Source of the DNA: Promethearchaeota archaeon
Lineage (GTDB): Archaea > Asgardarchaeota > Thorarchaeia > Thorarchaeales > Thorarchaeaceae
Direction: 5' to 3'
DNA length: 64,000 nucleotides
NCBI GenBank assembly: GCA_048939765.1
Contig: JBHLPF010000005.1
Location: 1-64,000 of the forward strand
Below the pieces are notes generated by a model that saw only the letters and a program-made list of their open reading frames with translations, made no database searches and had not been told where the DNA came from. The position numbers and the translations under genes were made by a program. Every line of letters begins with the position of its first letter. Positions within the stretch are counted from its first letter, which is position 1. Of this stretch, positions 46,937 through 57,232 are shown piece by piece.

Positions 46937-47860
46937 TTATTTTGCGACAAGCTTCTTCTTCTTTTTAGCGGTCTTGGCCTTTTCATCCTCGTCTGGTAAG
47001 ACGGGTGTTTCCGTTTCGGAACGGAAGAATGTGATGAGGTCTCCCAGGCGCTCCCTCATCTCCTGTTTGATCGGGCTCAGGATGGCTTCGGGGGTGCCTT
47101 TCAGCAGTTCGATACCTAGGACCTTTCCCTCTTTCACAATGACACGAGGTATAAATCCCTCCGCCATAAAGGTACCTTCCGGAGGATCTTTGACCTTCTC
47201 GAATTTCCTCTCAACTTTCTCTTGACCGAAGACTGCTACTTTGTGTTCTGCAACTGTAAACAACTCGTTATACACTATTAGCAATTCTCTCTGATAGCCT
47301 TCGGGAGGATCCGTTTTCTGTAGCTCCTCAATCATTGCGCTGATTTCACCTGAAATTGGAGCCGATGGCCTAGGAGCTGCCCTTGGAACTGCAGCTGGTG
47401 TTGATGGCGCTGCAGTGGTGGCAGGCGGCTTTGGAGGTGGTACAGTCGACTTTGGTGCCGGCTTTGGAGGTGGTACAGATGCGGTCCTCGGTGTTGGCGC
47501 TTCTGCGGCAGGTGCCTTTGGTTTGGGCGTTGGTGGAGCTGTAGGTGGAGCCTTCTCCCCTGGCTTAAGGACACGGGTTGCAGCAGTGGTCCCGTCCAAG
47601 GCGGTGAAGAATGTGGGTGGCTCTTCTCCTTCATCAACCGCCCTTACCTTGAAATGGAAACCATATTCAGTTCTAAGATTGGTCGCTACTCTTGCACCAA
47701 TGAACTTCCTTCTGATTCCTGCTTGAGTGCCTTTCCAAAGGTAAATAGACTTGGTTTCGTCATCAACTACACAGACTACCATTTGAGAATCCAAGTCTGC
47801 TTTGGAGATCTCAACCTCGTTGAGAGTTCCATCCTCCATCACCTCATAACCTACGACCAT
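46937..47860 (-). CDS. Asgard gelsolin-domain protein (1DGelX-like: gelsolin domain, Pro/Ala linker, C-terminal X domain)
   Basis: IYLWKG..A..RKF, VDEGEEPPTF; PAP-rich linker; PPEGYQRELLIV domain. Confidence 0.8.
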   Translation of the reverse strand: MVVGYEVMEDGTLNEVEISKADLDSQMVVCVVDDETKSIYLWKGTQAGIRRKFIGARVATNLRTEYGFHFKVRAVDEGEEPPTFFTALDGTTAATRVLKPGEKAPPTAPPTPKPKAPAAEAPTPRTASVPPPKPAPKSTVPPPKPPATTAAPSTPAAVPRAAPRPSAPISGEISAMIEELQKTDPPEGYQRELLIVYNELFTVAEHKVAVFGQEKVERKFEKVKDPPEGTFMAEGFIPRVIVKEGKVLGIELLKGTPEAILSPIKQEMRERLGDLITFFRSETETPVLPDEDEKAKTAKKKKKLVAK

Positions 47861-48074
47861 GATTATTCACTAACTTGCAGTTTTTGTCTTCTTGCTCCTA
47901 TGCACCCAAATTGGGCAACTGAAGACTAGTTGAGATATGGTCATCTCTGTGGACAGCTGGATATCTCTGTTTGGGATATAAGATTGTTATTGTGGTGGAT
48001 GTTTCGTGTGTAAATCCCAAAACTGAGGGTGGTCAACAAGCCTTATGTAGAAGGGGAGCTAACAGCCTTAGTCG

Positions 48075-49106
48075 GTGCCAATGACTGAACAGTCGGCTGA
48101 AGCATTCTACGCTGAACAATTTGGTAAGAGCAAGGATCTCACGGTGAGAGAGCTCATCTTGGGTTTCATCTTGTCAACGCTGATAATGATAGGGTCAACA
48201 TGGGGACTAATTTACGTCTATGATGTTCTAACGCCATTCGATATCTCACCTTCGAATCTAGGTCTATACACATTGGCAATGCTGGTCGGGTCTCTTGTTG
48301 CCACGATTATTGGAGCTGCAATATGTTTCATTATTCTGAGGTTTCCACGTGCAGGAACACTATTGCTTAGAGTCCATCGGTTCTTCAAGCGTGGAACAGG
48401 CGAGTATTTCCTATGGCCTGAGCCAAAGAATCAGAGTTTGAGGCTTGCCTTTCGACGGTCATTGTACGGGTCGATTCTAATTGTGGGCATTGGCATGACA
48501 GTGGTCAGTTTTGAACTGATGGGTGTCGCACAGACTGCAGATCTTGCTGCTTTTGGTCTTTGGGTCGTCATAATCTCAGCTGCCATTCTCCCGATAACGG
48601 TCATGGTACTATATTATGGTCCGTGGCTCATCAAGGATGCAGGGCTCTTTCACCTGGATCTTGTAGACCGTTCGCTGAGTAATGTAGGTGATGACCTAGA
48701 AGACATACTCGAGTTCTTTGCGGGGGCAGACCTCTTTCTGGTTTGGATTGAGCTGACTTTGACTGCTGGGTTTGAACAGCCATGGTTCTCCATTTTCGTC
48801 ATAATGGTCGCTGTGGGTCCACTACTCTCTATAGTGTTCAATTTCACCCTTGTATTCATGTATGTAAAGACCCGGGCAACCTTGCAGACAATTGATCTTA
48901 TCGTTACCCGACTTGATCCTCCTGATATGTTTGATTCATCAGACGCAATTCGACAAAAGGTTCTAGCACTAATTGATCGGGACATTCTTGCATCATTAGA
49001 GCATGAGCAGGCTGAACAAGAGAACTCAGACGTTACCAAATCAGACGCTCTTCAGACTGAGTCAGACGATATTCCTGTCCCAATTGACGAAGATGGTTAT
49101 GAATAG
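48075..49106 (+). CDS. Hypothetical multi-pass membrane protein
   Basis: About six hydrophobic segments, acidic tail. Confidence 0.7.
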   Translation: MPMTEQSAEAFYAEQFGKSKDLTVRELILGFILSTLIMIGSTWGLIYVYDVLTPFDISPSNLGLYTLAMLVGSLVATIIGAAICFIILRFPRAGTLLLRVHRFFKRGTGEYFLWPEPKNQSLRLAFRRSLYGSILIVGIGMTVVSFELMGVAQTADLAAFGLWVVIISAAILPITVMVLYYGPWLIKDAGLFHLDLVDRSLSNVGDDLEDILEFFAGADLFLVWIELTLTAGFEQPWFSIFVIMVAVGPLLSIVFNFTLVFMYVKTRATLQTIDLIVTRLDPPDMFDSSDAIRQKVLALIDRDILASLEHEQAEQENSDVTKSDALQTESDDIPVPIDEDGYE

Positions 49107-49113
49107 GCACTGA

Positions 49114-50172
49114 CTATCCAATCAGCGTCACTCCGCCATCTACAAAGCTAAAGCCAACCTCAGGTTCCTTCATTGAACGGAGCTTTCTCGCAAGTGATTC
49201 ATCTGGGACCGATGCCACTAGTATCTGGCCTTTGAAATCTAACGTGATTCTAAAGATGCCAATCCTAGGAACTACCGAGAGGACAATTGCGGTAGGAACG
49301 CCTCTCTCGGGATGTACATGTAGGGAAATATCTTCAGGCTTGACGGTGAATTTCACTTGTTCCCCCAATTTCGCAACGCCTTTCACTGTAAATTGAGCAC
49401 CGTTTGTATCTATGATGATGCCTCTCTCATTCTCCTGTATCACTTCTCCGGTGAGAACATTTCCGCTACCCAAAAACTTGGCAACAAACTCGTTAGCAGG
49501 CCTTTCGTATAGCTCCTCCGGCCTACCCACTTGGTTGACTACTCCATCACTTAGAATTGCAACACGGTCAGAGATTGCAAATGCCTCATCTTGACTATGT
49601 GTGACATAGATGGTTGTAATCCTCAGTTCATTCTGTATTCTCCGGATTTCCGTCTGGAGCCGTTCTCTTAATTGCGGGTCCAAGGCAGAAAGCGGTTCAT
49701 CAAGAAGCAAGAGATTGGGCCTCTTTGCAAGAGCCCTAGCTAGTGCAATCCTTTGTGCCTCGCCCCCGCTGATCTCATTACTCCGCCTCATCAGGAGGCC
49801 TCGAATACTGAGTAGGTCCGCCAGAGATTCCACACGTTCAACCGTTTCTTCCCGGCTCCATCCTGCCATCTCAAGTGCAAATGCTATATTCTGATAGACA
49901 TTCATGTTTGGAAATAAGGCCACAGATTGAAACACCATTCCGATGTTCCTATCTCTCGGAGGAGCGAATGTCACATCTTGACCATCGAACAGAAGTCTGC
50001 CTGCCTGTGGCCTAAAGAAACCTGCAATCATTCTGAGTGTAGTTGTCTTTCCCGATCCACTTGGCCCTAGAAGGGTCATCAGCTCGCCGTCATTGACTGC
50101 TAGATCGATAGGACCAATGCTTGTCCCATCAATGAATCTTCGCATGAGTCCATCCAATTCGACATTGACCAT
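49114..50172 (-). CDS. ABC transporter ATP-binding subunit (thiamine, ThiQ-like)
   Basis: GPSGSGKT, ISGGE, LLLDEP, VTH. Confidence 0.9.
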   Translation of the reverse strand: MVNVELDGLMRRFIDGTSIGPIDLAVNDGELMTLLGPSGSGKTTTLRMIAGFFRPQAGRLLFDGQDVTFAPPRDRNIGMVFQSVALFPNMNVYQNIAFALEMAGWSREETVERVESLADLLSIRGLLMRRSNEISGGEAQRIALARALAKRPNLLLLDEPLSALDPQLRERLQTEIRRIQNELRITTIYVTHSQDEAFAISDRVAILSDGVVNQVGRPEELYERPANEFVAKFLGSGNVLTGEVIQENERGIIIDTNGAQFTVKGVAKLGEQVKFTVKPEDISLHVHPERGVPTAIVLSVVPRIGIFRITLDFKGQILVASVPDESLARKLRSMKEPEVGFSFVDGGVTLIG

Positions 50173-51815
50173 TACAATGTGCCTCCTGAAGTTTCGTCTG
50201 AAAGTCTGCCAATTACAAGAAAAGCGATGAAGCAGATTGCTACCAGGACAAAAGCAGCCGCTCCCGCATCCACCATTCTCCTAACACCCAGATACTGATA
50301 GATTACAACTGCCAACGTAGTATTCTGCTCAAGTGCAATGAACAATGTCGCTGACATCTCGCCAATGGCCATAGCAAATGCGAACACTCCTCCCGCAAGG
50401 ATTCCAGGCCCGAGCAGAGGGAGCTCAACGTAGAACAATCTCTGTAGGCGCGATGCACCTAACGATTCCGCTTGCTCAATGACTTCACTGTCAATATTCC
50501 TAAGAGATAACTCGATCGCTCTGGCGCTGAAAGGCAGTCCAATGAGTGTCTGAGCTATAACAATCAGAATCCATGGATTCGTTGTCAGCCCCAACGGGAC
50601 CGCAATAATTCGCATGAGTCCGTAGGCTACAGTGATTGCAGAAACTCCCAGTGGCAGAAGCGTCATTGCTGATGCTATTGTTGGCAAGCCCCTTTGTCGA
50701 GTACGATGTAAGTATGCCAAGGGTATACCAAGCAGGACAGCTAGGATAGTTGCTAGGACCGCATACAGTAGAGAGTTGGCAAATGGTATTAGGCCGCCTC
50801 CTGCACCTGAGCTAAGTAGATTAGCAAATCCCTCCAATGTGTATTGGCCACTGAAGGGATTGTAGATAGATGCTTGCACGATTGCAAGGATGGGCCCCGC
50901 AACTAGAATTGAGATTAACAAAAGATAGCCGACAGCACACGATTTCCAGAACAAGCTGATCTCATCAAACGACAGTGTCTTGATTACGCCAGTCCTTCCA
51001 CCCTCATCCTCAATCCTACCTAGTCTGACATACGAATAGGCGAGTGCCAAGGTGATTAGGATTTGAATCATCGCCAGGGAACTGGCCTCACCAAAGTCAA
51101 AGGTCCGAAAAGCATACCAGATTCGCACCTCGAGTGTCATGTATCTGCCCTCGCCTAGGGCTAGCACGATAGGGAAGGACATGAAGCAGAATAGGAATGT
51201 AAGAAGCGCCGCAGCCAAAAGCGAAGCCCGAATGTGAGGTAGAATGATGTGTCTGAATTTCTGTAAAGTCGTGGCTCCAAGAATCTCTGCGGTCTCCTCA
51301 ATCTCTGGATTCAACCTTTCAAGGGCAGATGAAACCATCACAATGACTAGAGGTATATTATAGAACGTATGCGCTAAGATTATTCCAACGAATCCATTTG
51401 CCAAGTTCAGAATACTATCAGAGGTTCCAGCCAAGGCCATAAGGAATGTATCTAGGATTCCAAACTCTCCAAAAACACGAAGGAAGCCCACCACCACCAC
51501 AATGGGCGGCAATACGAAGGGAACAATGAGCGAAGCTCTCAGCAGAGATTTCCCTCTCATTCTCAGTCTGGCTAGAAGAAATGCGCCAGGCAACCCGAGA
51601 ATCACAACGAGTACCGTGCTAATTAAGGCTTGAACTACAGTGAAATTGAGGACAGACTGTGTCACTGTGGAGGAGATGGCTTCGATGAATGATGTGCCAG
51701 GTCCATAGATGAGGCCTTCAACCAGAACTGAAACGACAGGGAAGACTAGGAATGCTCCCAAAAGCACTAGCGGAGAAGCGATGGCGGCCCATCTGATCGA
51801 AGTTCTCCAATCCAT
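50172..51815 (-). CDS. thiP: ABC transporter permease (ThiP-like, duplicated)
   Basis: Two EAA-like loops; operon with the thiamine-binding protein. Confidence 0.8.
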   Translation of the reverse strand: MDWRTSIRWAAIASPLVLLGAFLVFPVVSVLVEGLIYGPGTSFIEAISSTVTQSVLNFTVVQALISTVLVVILGLPGAFLLARLRMRGKSLLRASLIVPFVLPPIVVVVGFLRVFGEFGILDTFLMALAGTSDSILNLANGFVGIILAHTFYNIPLVIVMVSSALERLNPEIEETAEILGATTLQKFRHIILPHIRASLLAAALLTFLFCFMSFPIVLALGEGRYMTLEVRIWYAFRTFDFGEASSLAMIQILITLALAYSYVRLGRIEDEGGRTGVIKTLSFDEISLFWKSCAVGYLLLISILVAGPILAIVQASIYNPFSGQYTLEGFANLLSSGAGGGLIPFANSLLYAVLATILAVLLGIPLAYLHRTRQRGLPTIASAMTLLPLGVSAITVAYGLMRIIAVPLGLTTNPWILIVIAQTLIGLPFSARAIELSLRNIDSEVIEQAESLGASRLQRLFYVELPLLGPGILAGGVFAFAMAIGEMSATLFIALEQNTTLAVVIYQYLGVRRMVDAGAAAFVLVAICFIAFLVIGRLSDETSGGTL

Positions 51816-51830
51816 GAATTCGCACCCAAA

Positions 51831-52970
51831 CTAGGCTATTCTAATCTCGTCAAACGTGTCAAGCCAGGTGGTTAGATTGGCTGCAATCTCTGTTCTTGGG
51901 AGGAGTTCGTTCAACAATGACACATCACTAGGATGCAATGCATATTCAAAGGCAGGATCCAGTGCTATTCCAGTTCTTACAGGAAACATCCACTGGTTTG
52001 TGGCTATTAGAGATTGAACTGTTTCATTCAAACAATAGTCAATGAATAATTTCGCAAGTTCTGGATTGGGTCCGTTCTTGACTAGTCCCATTCCTTCAAC
52101 CTGCATCCACGCATAATGGTCGCCATCATGATAGATGGGAGCAATTCCGGTTTCTGGCTCTCCTCCGTAGAAATACACAGAGTATGCACCATCTGTTCCA
52201 TAGCTGTTCATGATATGTTTGCTTGGAGAATCGTACCAGACACTCCACGATTCAGACCATCCTGGCTGCACATCAATATATTCATTGACATCCATCCACC
52301 AGTCCGTCCAGTTTACATGTAGAATCTTCTCATGAACAGCAATCTCTGTCAATAGAAACGCAAGTCCTGGGCTGCTGAATTTAGGATCTTGAGTCACAAA
52401 GCCACTTGCCAAGGCTGGGCTGGCCAAATCGGCGAAAGTTAGGTTATTCAACTCAGGAAACAACTCAAGACTGCTGTTCTTGTATATCAAAGTCACTAAA
52501 CCGAAATCAAATGGAACGACATAGTGGTCAGGATCCAAAGCATCAATGAAGGTAGAGTTTACGACATCTAGGTTGGAGGGTTCATATGGAGTAAGGAGGT
52601 CTGTGACTCCTGATTGCAGAATGAGGATGTTATCTATTCCAATGACTACATCAGCGACTGGATTGCTCTTCTCAGTACCAAGTCTTGAAACAATACCATT
52701 GGCATCAGTCTGAAGCCTTTCTATGGTCACGTTGCAATCGTATCGCTCTTCAAATGCACCAAATGCCCGTTCGAAAATTGTGTCCGGGTCATCACCCCAC
52801 CACATGAAACTGTCATAAGTGTAAACCAAGAGAGTAGGCCTCTCAGTTGCGGGTGGAGTGGAGATGATGACAATTGAAGCAATTGCGATAACAACTACGA
52901 CAGCCAATCCAAGTACAACGAGTCTGGGGTCTCTTCTTTCAGGATACTCTGACATCGCAGACACAACCAT
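51831..52970 (-). CDS. thiB: Thiamine ABC transporter substrate-binding protein
   Basis: LVYTYDSF, ADVVIGIDN, SSPGLAFL, QVEG, NQWMFP. Confidence 0.88.
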   Translation of the reverse strand: MVVSAMSEYPERRDPRLVVLGLAVVVVIAIASIVIISTPPATERPTLLVYTYDSFMWWGDDPDTIFERAFGAFEERYDCNVTIERLQTDANGIVSRLGTEKSNPVADVVIGIDNILILQSGVTDLLTPYEPSNLDVVNSTFIDALDPDHYVVPFDFGLVTLIYKNSSLELFPELNNLTFADLASPALASGFVTQDPKFSSPGLAFLLTEIAVHEKILHVNWTDWWMDVNEYIDVQPGWSESWSVWYDSPSKHIMNSYGTDGAYSVYFYGGEPETGIAPIYHDGDHYAWMQVEGMGLVKNGPNPELAKLFIDYCLNETVQSLIATNQWMFPVRTGIALDPAFEYALHPSDVSLLNELLPRTEIAANLTTWLDTFDEIRIA

Positions 52971-52973
52971 CCT

Positions 52974-53001
52974 TATATCTTAGTTATACAACTAAGTTAT
53001 A
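52974..53001. promoter_or_regulatory. Candidate ThiR operator: two overlapping near-palindromes
   Basis: TATATCTTAGTTATA and TACAACTAAGTTATA (consensus TATAACTnAGTTATA) between divergent thiB and thiR. Confidence 0.65.
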
Positions 53002-53032
53002 GAACTGGATGAAATAAATAGTTTGCCCCGGA

Positions 53033-53968
53033 GTGATTATGATGAGACCCCCATGTGAACTCGTTCAGAAGGAGTATTTGCCAAATTTGAGAGCCAATCT
53101 TGCTCAGAGGCTTCGCGAATCCGGCCAGTCACAGATTGAAATTGCGAGAACAATGAATATCACCCAAGCAGCAGTGAGCAAATACCTTAGTCAAGGAAGC
53201 AAGAAAGGCTCATTGCAGAAAGAAGTGGACATTCTCGCAGAGAAGCTCACCAGCATGATTCTTTCGGACACTCCTCGACAAGACATTATGGTGAAAGAGA
53301 TCTGCAGGACATGCATGTATCTTCGAATTGGCTCCACTATCTGCAAAATGCACAGGGACTCCGTATCTGCTTTGGGTGATGTAAAATGTCAGATTTGCAC
53401 CGGCCTCCTCGCGGGGGAAGAAAAGGAGTTCGCAGGGAGAGGAAGAATACTGAGGGACCTTCAAGACGCCCTGGCGCAAATATCGAACGCCTCACGGTTC
53501 TCACTCCTAATCCCTCAGGTGAGAGCCAACCTTGTGGCATGCGGGTCTGATGCCAGGACACACATGGATGTAGCCGGAGTTCCTGGAAGAATCACGCTTG
53601 TCAACAACCAAGCAGTTGCTCTCACATCTCCTCAATTTGGGGCATCGCGGCATACTGCCAACCTACTTCTTTGGGCACGATCCAAATGGCCATCTATTCA
53701 AGCCTGCCTCGGTATAAGCGGAACTGAGGAGATAGTCGCGGCGGCAGAAGAGAGCGGTTTCAGAGTGATTAGTCTTTCAATGCCAGCCAGTGATCCTGAT
53801 GCAATATCTAACGCGGCTCAGAAAATCGCAGGGGGCTTGAAGAAGACACTCCAGTTTGTCGCGATTCATGTCCCTGGTGGCTTTGGTGTTGAGCCCATTC
53901 TCTACCTATTTGGTCCGAGTGCGATGGGCCTAGCAACTGAATCAATAGCCTTGAGCATGAAGCTGTGA
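53033..53968 (+). CDS. thiR: ThiR-type regulator (XRE HTH + ThiN-like thiamine-phosphate sensor domain)
   Basis: PCE, SQIEIA..ITQAAVSKY, LIPQVRAN, VAGVPGRIT, FGASRH, GFGVEP. Confidence 0.82.
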   Translation: MIMMRPPCELVQKEYLPNLRANLAQRLRESGQSQIEIARTMNITQAAVSKYLSQGSKKGSLQKEVDILAEKLTSMILSDTPRQDIMVKEICRTCMYLRIGSTICKMHRDSVSALGDVKCQICTGLLAGEEKEFAGRGRILRDLQDALAQISNASRFSLLIPQVRANLVACGSDARTHMDVAGVPGRITLVNNQAVALTSPQFGASRHTANLLLWARSKWPSIQACLGISGTEEIVAAAEESGFRVISLSMPASDPDAISNAAQKIAGGLKKTLQFVAIHVPGGFGVEPILYLFGPSAMGLATESIALSMKL

Positions 53969-54013
53969 GGCCCCGTCATACACATCCTTATTTCTGCTTA
54001 GAACGAGCATCAG

Positions 54014-54889
54014 GTGACACGGCAATCTGGGCGATCCGCGATGGTCAAGATTAGAAATGGATTGTTAAAGGACTGCAGAGACCTCTTGGAAGTATATATG
54101 GGCACTCGTTGGTCAGAGGGCTTTACAACTGTTGAGCAGGTGAAACTAGAACACAAGGGTGTGGCCTTCGAGAAATGGGGCTGGCTCGTGGCTGAGGTAA
54201 GAGGCAAAGTAGTCGGTGAAATCCTGTGTCGCATTGAAAAGAACCCAATTGCCGGAAGAATCGGAATCATCCGGAACCTCGGCATAGATGTTCGGCATCA
54301 GAAGAAAGCAATCGGGACTAAACTGACCAAAGCAGCAGAAAAGGTGCTACGCCTGAAGAGGGCTGGAAGGTTTGTTGGTACCACTACACCAGAGGCCTAC
54401 AACTACTGGATGAAGGTTGACTATCACAAGCGATACTGGCTGATGAGAGTTGAAGCGCCACTCTCGAAGATACCTTCAAAAAGCTCAAGGAGGTTGCATC
54501 GAGAACTCCTCTCAAGCCCAAAAGGACTTCCAAAAAGCATGCGTTTTTCTAACATTGCCTACCCCGGAGAACTGGCGGAAGTCGTGAGAGAAATCATCAC
54601 CTATGGAAAATCAGGACTAATGATGGAGTTCCACTCAGATGATGTATTGGCGGGTGTGGGTGCTGTTGTTATGCAGGATGACAAGACAGCGAAGTTCATA
54701 GCAGATGTGACTCCAAAAGGCAATGATTACGCTAATCTCGTAGTATTGCAGACCGCAAAGGCAGCGGCTAAATTGAAACCCAAATCTGTCTGGACTCTAA
54801 TTCCTGAGGACAGACTACCTTGGTACCAGAGTCTGGCCAAATGGAAGTCCGAGATGTATCGGAACTTTCCTATTACCAAGTTGGCCTAG
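54014..54889 (+). CDS. GNAT family acetyltransferase
   Basis: LGIDVRHQKKAIGTKL acetyl-CoA motif. Confidence 0.7.
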   Translation: MTRQSGRSAMVKIRNGLLKDCRDLLEVYMGTRWSEGFTTVEQVKLEHKGVAFEKWGWLVAEVRGKVVGEILCRIEKNPIAGRIGIIRNLGIDVRHQKKAIGTKLTKAAEKVLRLKRAGRFVGTTTPEAYNYWMKVDYHKRYWLMRVEAPLSKIPSKSSRRLHRELLSSPKGLPKSMRFSNIAYPGELAEVVREIITYGKSGLMMEFHSDDVLAGVGAVVMQDDKTAKFIADVTPKGNDYANLVVLQTAKAAAKLKPKSVWTLIPEDRLPWYQSLAKWKSEMYRNFPITKLA

Positions 54890-57084
54890 GCTTCTTCTTC
54901 TGATTCCATTGCTAGAGGTACAGCAATATTAGTGAAGATCAACGCGGCTCCCAATGCCCATATACTTGCCATATTGATGTGCCATATTAGAAATGGAATC
55001 GAGTTTACCCCCAATGCAAAGAAAAGTCCTGCAGCTACTACGACAAATAGGAGGTCTGCAATGAGCACAGCCCTAGTAGAGCCTCCGGCTCTCCTTCTCC
55101 GAAGTGGGAAGCCGAACGCAATAGCAAGAATGACGATTATGCTGACGATCTCTTCAATCTTGAAGTTTGCGAAACCATAGTTCTTTTCGCTGAATCCTTC
55201 AAGCCCTTCATCTGTTACAATTAGGACTTTCACAACATGCTCCCATTTGCTGTACTGGTTTGTATCAATTTCGAACGTGACTTCTCCGACATTTACCCGG
55301 AGTCCTTCAAGAGCAGGCACAACTTCATCATCCACAAATACAGTCATGTTAACAGTATCCCAATTGCTGTCAATATCTACGGTGTATGTTGTGACACCGA
55401 CAACAACATCACCTAGTGGAGTAACGAAACTCACAGATGGTGCGCCATGATTGTCAACTTCAAGTATTATCTTGTAGGCGTATACGAATCCACCAATGGC
55501 ATACGCCCTGAATGTGAAATTATGCTCTCCTTCAGTGTATCTAGAAGTGTCAATCTTGAACGTTGCAATTCCGGTCTGTAGAGTTATGTTCACAACTTCA
55601 GGAGCAAGTGCGCCATCAACATAGGCAGATAGTGTCACATTGGGATAGGGAGATGCAATACGGAGCATGATAGTTGCGTTGCCTGAGACTTTGTCATAAG
55701 CGGTGAGTTCTAATATTTGTAGCCTCACATGATCAAGGAAATTGTAGACCCTTGATGCTGTGCTCTGAAGTCCTTCTTCAGTTTCAACAATCGCCACAAT
55801 CGTTTGGTCGCCATTTTCGTAGCGGCTTCCATTAATTGTGTAGATACCGACTCCTCTCGCAACAAGAGTATGATTATACTCCGGAGTGATTTCGTCATCT
55901 ACAGTAATTGTCAGGTACACGAATTCGTAATCTGAAGTTATATTCAATGTAAACTCGTCAAGTCCTGTGAAATCTGAACCTGCATCTGGCGTTAGAAACA
56001 CGACAGCTGGCGTCCCATGATTGTTGACTGAGAAGATATACAAATAGATGATGCGAGCGTTTTCCCCAGTCACATTGTACTCCAACAATAATGTGAAGTT
56101 CAGAGCGCCCTCTGCGAGGATTGTTGTATTCAGCTCCAAATCGTGTTCGCCATTGGCAATATATGTCGAATTGAATTGGGGATATTTGATCGCTCCCTCG
56201 ACAAATATGGTTAGATTTGCACCACCGTAGTCTGAGCCAAGCTCCACTGTGAGGTTGAAGGCGTCACTCACTTGGCTCTGGTTAGTCGGAGAAATCAGGG
56301 AGAGCGCTATAGGCTGCCCATCATTATCCACGATGAAAACAAGGTATAATTGATGCGTTTCCTGAACATCAGCAACATCATACTCAAACATGAGGGTGAA
56401 GTTAAGCAGTCCCTCTCTCATCGTGGTCGTGTCAACCTGAATTACCTGCGGCTCACCAACTATTGTGACACCATCATATGCAGGATAGATCTCACCTTCT
56501 ATGTAGAGCGTGAGGTTAATGAACGCAAAGTCTGAAGTGATATTCAGCAGTAGACTTTCTGTTCCTGTGAGCGTGCTCTCATTTGCCGGACTTGTGAGGC
56601 CTACCTCGAAATTCACGTGGTCGTTGTCAACGAAATACTCCAAATAGAAGGACTCCTTCTCATCCCAGGTCGCATCCTTGTATTCTAGGAGTATAGTGAA
56701 GTTTAGATTGCCTTCTGGAATAGACGCCAAAGTTGTGTCCACTGACAGTACCTGATTCCCAGTTCCAATCAGGGTCTTGTTGTATGCTGAGTAGATTGCA
56801 CCCTCAATGAACAGTGTGACATTCAGATTACCGAAGTCAGATGTGATGTCAATTGTGATATTCAATGTGCCCGAAGTTCCGCTCCTATTTGTGGGGCTGA
56901 CCAGACTAACAGAGATGTTCTGAGAGTCGAAGCCACCAGTAGCAAAATGATTAGAATCCTCAAGGCTGGCTGCCATGGAGCCATCATTTGTGGTCATAGC
57001 AAGCGGTTGAATATGGGCAACTCCAGCCAGCATCATGGCCAGGAGCAGTATTGATAGCAGTCTACTCGTTGACTTCATAGTCAA
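54886..57084 (-). CDS. Cell-surface glycoprotein with six tandem Ig-like repeats and a 3-TM C-terminus
   Basis: Signal peptide; ~98-aa repeats (SP..NITSD..N.T..EG..DT..EG..NFT..VDN); many N-x-S/T sequons. Confidence 0.8.
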   Translation of the reverse strand: MTMKSTSRLLSILLLAMMLAGVAHIQPLAMTTNDGSMAASLEDSNHFATGGFDSQNISVSLVSPTNRSGTSGTLNITIDITSDFGNLNVTLFIEGAIYSAYNKTLIGTGNQVLSVDTTLASIPEGNLNFTILLEYKDATWDEKESFYLEYFVDNDHVNFEVGLTSPANESTLTGTESLLLNITSDFAFINLTLYIEGEIYPAYDGVTIVGEPQVIQVDTTTMREGLLNFTLMFEYDVADVQETHQLYLVFIVDNDGQPIALSLISPTNQSQVSDAFNLTVELGSDYGGANLTIFVEGAIKYPQFNSTYIANGEHDLELNTTILAEGALNFTLLLEYNVTGENARIIYLYIFSVNNHGTPAVVFLTPDAGSDFTGLDEFTLNITSDYEFVYLTITVDDEITPEYNHTLVARGVGIYTINGSRYENGDQTIVAIVETEEGLQSTASRVYNFLDHVRLQILELTAYDKVSGNATIMLRIASPYPNVTLSAYVDGALAPEVVNITLQTGIATFKIDTSRYTEGEHNFTFRAYAIGGFVYAYKIILEVDNHGAPSVSFVTPLGDVVVGVTTYTVDIDSNWDTVNMTVFVDDEVVPALEGLRVNVGEVTFEIDTNQYSKWEHVVKVLIVTDEGLEGFSEKNYGFANFKIEEIVSIIVILAIAFGFPLRRRRAGGSTRAVLIADLLFVVVAAGLFFALGVNSIPFLIWHINMASIWALGAALIFTNIAVPLAMESEEEA

Positions 57085-57232
57085 GCCTTCCTGATACCCA
57101 GTGACCAGTGGTCAGGCTGGGGCGACAGGATTGAGCCCGTTTTTAAAGCTAGCGCCAGTTTGATATTCGTACGACTATTGATGTTGAACCGCATTCAATT
57201 CCCTTATATTGGATTACGGAGCACAGCCTCTG

